A stretch of 64,000 nt of DNA from an uncultured delta proteobacterium (GTDB lineage: Bacteria; Desulfobacterota; Binatia; UBA9968): NCBI GenBank assembly GCA_963760795.1, contig CAVXEP010000001.1:160001-224000 (forward strand), given 5' to 3'. How positions within the stretch are numbered: the first letter of the stretch is position 1; each line of letters opens with the position of its first letter. The notes beneath the pieces are model-generated. The model did no database searches. It was not told where the DNA came from and saw nothing but the letters and a program-made list of their open reading frames with translations. A program made the position numbers and the translations under genes. Below are positions 60,126 to 64,000 of the stretch, in pieces.

Positions 60126-60848
60126 ATGTTTACCGACAAGGTCGAAGTTAAGGATTTTGAGAAACAGGATCCGGAATACCAGGATCTGATTCGCCGCGTC
60201 TTGGCGATTCAAGCCGATTGCGAGATCGGCGGCCCGAATCTTTATGTAAAGCATATTTTGCCGAGTGCGCCGACCAAGTTGGATCAGCTGATCGTCGCCC
60301 GCACGGCGGCCGAAGAGATGGACCATTTCCGTAAAATGGCCCGTTTGGCCGGCGATATCGGCGTCGATGTTTCCTATACGCTCAGCCGGACCAATCAGGA
60401 ACGCTACGTCGAAGCGTTTCGCGGCGAGATCAAAACCTGGGAAGATTATGCCGTCTTCGGTTTCTTGATCGATCGCGTCGGCCGCTTCCAGCTGGAAGAA
60501 TTTCTTGACTGTAGCTATGCGCCGCTTGCCCGCGTGGTCGAGGATCCGGATATCATCCGCGAGGAAGAAGGTCATCTTGACTTCGGCACCAACGCCACCG
60601 CCGATTTCGCCGCCAAAGGCGGTGAGTTTAAGGAAAGAGTACAAAAAGCGGTGGACTACTGGTACGTCAAGGGGCTCGACATGTTCGGCAACAGCAAGTC
60701 TTACCGTTCCGAGCGCTATATGCACTGGGGGCTTAAACGCCGGTCCAATTCGGTAGCGCGCCAGCAGTACAAAGACGAAATCGACGCGCTGATTTTGAAG
60801 ATGGGCCTAACGCTCCCCGATCCTAACAAGGGCCGGCTTTACACATAA
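60126..60848 (+). CDS. PaaA/PaaC-family di-iron (ferritin-like) acyl-CoA epoxidase subunit
   Basis: QADCE, EEMDH, SYAPLAR, EEEGH, DMFG, WGLKRRSN. Confidence 0.85.
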   Translation: MFTDKVEVKDFEKQDPEYQDLIRRVLAIQADCEIGGPNLYVKHILPSAPTKLDQLIVARTAAEEMDHFRKMARLAGDIGVDVSYTLSRTNQERYVEAFRGEIKTWEDYAVFGFLIDRVGRFQLEEFLDCSYAPLARVVEDPDIIREEEGHLDFGTNATADFAAKGGEFKERVQKAVDYWYVKGLDMFGNSKSYRSERYMHWGLKRRSNSVARQQYKDEIDALILKMGLTLPDPNKGRLYT

Positions 60849-60911
60849 CTAATACCGTTGTCGTTTGCGCGGCTCACTCGAGACGCGCAACCACGACCGG
60901 CGAGGAGTGTC

Positions 60912-61104
60912 ATGGAAGCAGCAGCAAATACCGAAGCGCTTGGACCAGCAGTTCAAAGAATTCATTCAAGCCTTGAAGAAAGCGGTGGGCGCCGGCATAC
61001 CGCACTTGAAGGACGATCCGAAAATCGTCGATCAGGCGATCGCCGACTGCAAGGAAATTCTCGACGTGGTCATGGAAGGCGATGTCAAGCAGTGGCTCTC
61101 CTGA
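60912..61104 (+). CDS. Small helical hypothetical protein, frameshift near 60940
   Basis: AGGAG + ATG 60912 (MEAAANTEAL), continuing in another frame as DQQFKEFIQALKK...KQWLS. Confidence 0.5.
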
Positions 61105-61222
61105 GCGGCTGATCGGCAAAATTTAATCGAATCAAATCAGTCTCACGACCAGAGGCGCCTTGTCCCAAGGGCGCCTTTGTCGTATTTGTAACACTTGAAT
61201 TCTTCCACGGGAGAGCAAAACA

Positions 61223-62002
61223 TTGAATGTCGTCGTCTGTGGCAAAGTCATTCCCGCGAGCACGGTCATCATCGAGCTCGACGCCAATAACAAACGCATG
61301 GTGCGCAAAGGCGTGCCCCACGAACTCGACCCGATGGCGGCGAGCGCGGTGGAAGAAGGGCTGCGTTTGGTCGAGAAACATGGCGGCCAGGTCGTGTTGG
61401 TGACCATGGGCACGAGCGATGTAACCATCGGCATCCGCAACGCGTTGGCGATGGGCGTGGCGTCGGCGGTGCATATTCTCGACGACGCGGTGGCCGGTTC
61501 CGACACGCTGGCGACGGCAAAACTGTTGGCCGCGGCGATTAAGAAACAGGAATTCGATATCGTTCTCTGCGCCACCGAAAGCGGCGACAGCTACTCCGGC
61601 ATCGTCCATGGGCAAATCGCCCAGCTACTGGGCATTCCACCGCTTACTTTTGCCAAAGAGATCACCGTCGACGGCGGCAAGGTCGCGATCAAGCGCCAAA
61701 GCGAGTCGGGCTACGATATCGTCGAATCGACGTTGCCTGCCCTGGTGGCCTGTAGCAGCGGTATCAACGAACCGCGCTATCCGCAGTTGAAGGGCATCAT
61801 GGCGGCGAAGAAAAAAGAGATCAAAGTCTACAGCGCGAACGATCTCGGTTTGTCGCCGGACCAAGTGGGGGAAAAAGGCGCGCGCGAAAAAGTTCTGACC
61901 ATTGGCCGTCCGCCCAAGCGGCAAGCCGGCAAAGCGGTAACCGACGAAGGGGAAGGCGGCAAGCAGATCGCGGACTTTCTTGCTGAAATCAAGGTGATCT
62001 AA
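61223..62002 (+). CDS. etfB: Electron transfer flavoprotein beta subunit
   Basis: VVCGK, ALAMG, GSDTLATA, NEPRYP.LKGIMAAKKK. Confidence 0.95.
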   Translation: MNVVVCGKVIPASTVIIELDANNKRMVRKGVPHELDPMAASAVEEGLRLVEKHGGQVVLVTMGTSDVTIGIRNALAMGVASAVHILDDAVAGSDTLATAKLLAAAIKKQEFDIVLCATESGDSYSGIVHGQIAQLLGIPPLTFAKEITVDGGKVAIKRQSESGYDIVESTLPALVACSSGINEPRYPQLKGIMAAKKKEIKVYSANDLGLSPDQVGEKGAREKVLTIGRPPKRQAGKAVTDEGEGGKQIADFLAEIKVI

Positions 62003-62971
62003 GTGGCGGACACAATCTGGGTATACGCGGAAATTGGCGACGATAAAATTACCACCACGTCGTTGGAGATGCTCGCTAAGGCCTCCGAAGCCGGCAAGGC
62101 CGAGGTGGTGCTCCTCGGCCCGGCGCCTGACGATGCCGTGCAGACGCTGGCCAATCACGGTGCCAGCAAGATCTACCACTGCGCCGACGCGGTTTACAAA
62201 GACTATCTGACTTTACCGGCGGCCGAGACCGTTGCCGGCCTGATTCAAAAGCATAATCCTGCGGTGATGTTGTTTGCGTCGAGCTACTCCGGCCGCGACT
62301 TGGTCGCCAACCTGAGCGCCCGGCTCGACTGCGGCGCAATCACCGATGTCGGTGATTTCGAGCTGAAAGACGGCAGCGTGGTGGCGACTATTCCAGCACT
62401 CGGGGCTAGCTACGAGAATACCAGCACCTTACTCAATCAGGGCACGAAACTCTTAGTCGTGCGGCCGAAGTCCTTCGAACCAAAAGAAAACCCGCAACCG
62501 CTGACTGTTGAAGAAGTCCCGGCGGCGGCGGACGACAGCTTGCGCAAAGTCCACATGAAAGAACGGGTCGTGGTCAAACGTGAAGGGCCGTCTCTGGAAG
62601 GCGCCAAGATAGTCGTCTCCGGCGGCCGTGGCCTCAAGGGTGAAGAGCAATTCAGCTTACTCAAGGATCTCGCCGATGTGCTCGGCGGCGCCGTCGGCGC
62701 CAGCCGCGCTGCGGTGGACGCCGGCTGGGTGCCCTACGCCATGCAGATCGGCCAAACCGGCAAGACCGTCAAGCCGGATATTTATTTCGCCGTCGGCATC
62801 TCCGGCGCCGTGCAGCATCTCTCGGGAATGAAGACCTCCAAATACATCATCACCATCAACAAAGACGCCGATGCGCCGATCTTCCAGTACTCCGACTTCG
62901 GCGTGGTCGGCGACCTGTTCAAAATCGTCCCGCAGCTGATCGAAGAGCTGAAAAAGCGCAAGGGCGCGTAG
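62003..62971 (+). CDS. etfA: Electron transfer flavoprotein alpha subunit
   Basis: [45 protein letters not shown]. Confidence 0.96.
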   Translation: MADTIWVYAEIGDDKITTTSLEMLAKASEAGKAEVVLLGPAPDDAVQTLANHGASKIYHCADAVYKDYLTLPAAETVAGLIQKHNPAVMLFASSYSGRDLVANLSARLDCGAITDVGDFELKDGSVVATIPALGASYENTSTLLNQGTKLLVVRPKSFEPKENPQPLTVEEVPAAADDSLRKVHMKERVVVKREGPSLEGAKIVVSGGRGLKGEEQFSLLKDLADVLGGAVGASRAAVDAGWVPYAMQIGQTGKTVKPDIYFAVGISGAVQHLSGMKTSKYIITINKDADAPIFQYSDFGVVGDLFKIVPQLIEELKKRKGA

Positions 62972-63052
62972 CTCGGAATTCAATTAGCCGCACCCTTCGA
63001 CGCTGCTCAGGGTGGTCGGGACGCAAAGGGCGCAAATAATTTCGATCGGGCA

Positions 63053-63080
63053 GGGGCGGGTTTGAAACCCGCCCTTTTTT
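63053..63080 (+). terminator. REP-like hairpin with T-tail (terminator)
   Basis: GGGCGGGTTT-G-AAACCCGCCC-TTTTTT. Confidence 0.75.
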
Positions 63081-63145
63081 ATTCCTTTCGTTTAATGCTG
63101 CTCTTGTCAGTGAGCGGTCCCATCACGTAGAATCCGCGCTTAATC

Positions 63146-64000
63146 ATGGCAACCAATAACGGCAGCAGCGATAAATCCCTCGAATCGTGGATCTGGGATG
63201 CGGCGTGTTCGATTCGCGGTGCGAAGGACGCGCCGAAGTACAAGGAGTTCATCCTCCCGCTGATCTTCACCAAGCGGCTTTGCGATGTCTTCGACGACGA
63301 GGTGAACCGCATCGCCAAGGAGGTTGGCTCACGGGCCAAGGCGTTCAAGCTGGTGAAACACGACAAGAAGCTTGTCCGCTTCTTCTTGCCGCTCGAGCCA
63401 AAAGATCCGGATGATCCTGTCTGGTCAGTGATTCGCATCCCGCCGAAGAGTGATAAACCCGTAGGCGAGGGAGAACGGGTCACGACCCACCTCCGCGCCA
63501 TCGCTGATGCCAACCCGCTGCTGAAAGGGATCATCGACCGGGTGGATTTCAACGCCACCACGCACGGCCAGCGCGATCTCGACGACGACCGACTCAGCAA
63601 CCTCATCGAGGCGATCAGCGCCAAGCCGCTCGGCCTCGGCGACGTCGAGCCGGACATCATCGGGCGCAGCTACGAGTATCTGATTCGCAAGTTCGCCGAA
63701 GGCAGCGGCCAGAGCGCGGGCGAGTTCTACACACCGACGGAGGTCGGTTTCGTCATCGCGCGGATCATGGACCCCGAGCCGGGCATGGATATCTACGATC
63801 CCTGCTGCGGCTCCGCCGGCCTGCTCATCAAGTGCGAGTTGGTCTTGCAGGAAAAGATGAACCTGCGCTCGCGCAAAACTTTCGCGCCCGCCAAGCTCTA
63901 CGGCCAGGAAAACGAACCCGGCACCTGGGCGATGGCGAACATGAACATGATCATCCACGACATGGAAGGCGAGATTGAGATCGGCGACACCTTCCGGAAC
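63146..64000 (+). CDS. hsdM: Type I restriction-modification methyltransferase (3' truncated by window)
   Basis: LESWIWDAACSIRG, YEYLIRKFA, GEFYTP, IYDPCCGSAG, LYGQE, MNMIIH; absent from the ORF track because no stop is reached. Confidence 0.93.
   Translation, partial: MATNNGSSDKSLESWIWDAACSIRGAKDAPKYKEFILPLIFTKRLCDVFDDEVNRIAKEVGSRAKAFKLVKHDKKLVRFFLPLEPKDPDDPVWSVIRIPPKSDKPVGEGERVTTHLRAIADANPLLKGIIDRVDFNATTHGQRDLDDDRLSNLIEAISAKPLGLGDVEPDIIGRSYEYLIRKFAEGSGQSAGEFYTPTEVGFVIARIMDPEPGMDIYDPCCGSAGLLIKCELVLQEKMNLRSRKTFAPAKLYGQENEPGTWAMANMNMIIHDMEGEIEIGDTFRN

Overview
GC-rich diderm bacterial chromosome segment. The gene content (many orphan NMT1/SsuA-type binding proteins, amidohydrolases, UbiD, class II aldolase, RdhA-like proteins) resembles Candidatus Binatia/Binatota; this is inferred, not proven. 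About nine single-base frameshifts in otherwise intact genes suggest an error-prone long-read assembly. Highlights: (1) a five-gene minus-strand cluster at 37.7-42.1 kb: GlcG/HbpS heme protein, a cytoplasmic reductive-dehalogenase-fold protein with apparently altered catalytic residues, a second RdhA-fold protein lacking Fe-S motifs, a ferredoxin-GlcG fusion and a triple RidA. This is the best candidate for an undescribed cobalamin redox system. (2) Two copies of a lipoprotein + periplasmic paralog pair bracket a NarL-type two-component system, and both copies carry the same GACTTAAGTC palindrome upstream. (3) A serine hydrolase sits between two well-formed integron attC sites, with no integrase in the window. 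(4) A 56.2-58.7 kb scar of decayed TA/defence genes holds a higB tail, a higA nonsense allele, brnTA and a TIR N-terminus. (5) Dense intergenic REP-like hairpins and 7/8/9-bp periodic repeats, some running into gene starts. The window begins in an outer-membrane beta-barrel gene and ends in a type I R-M hsdM. No rRNA, tRNA or CRISPR array was recognised.
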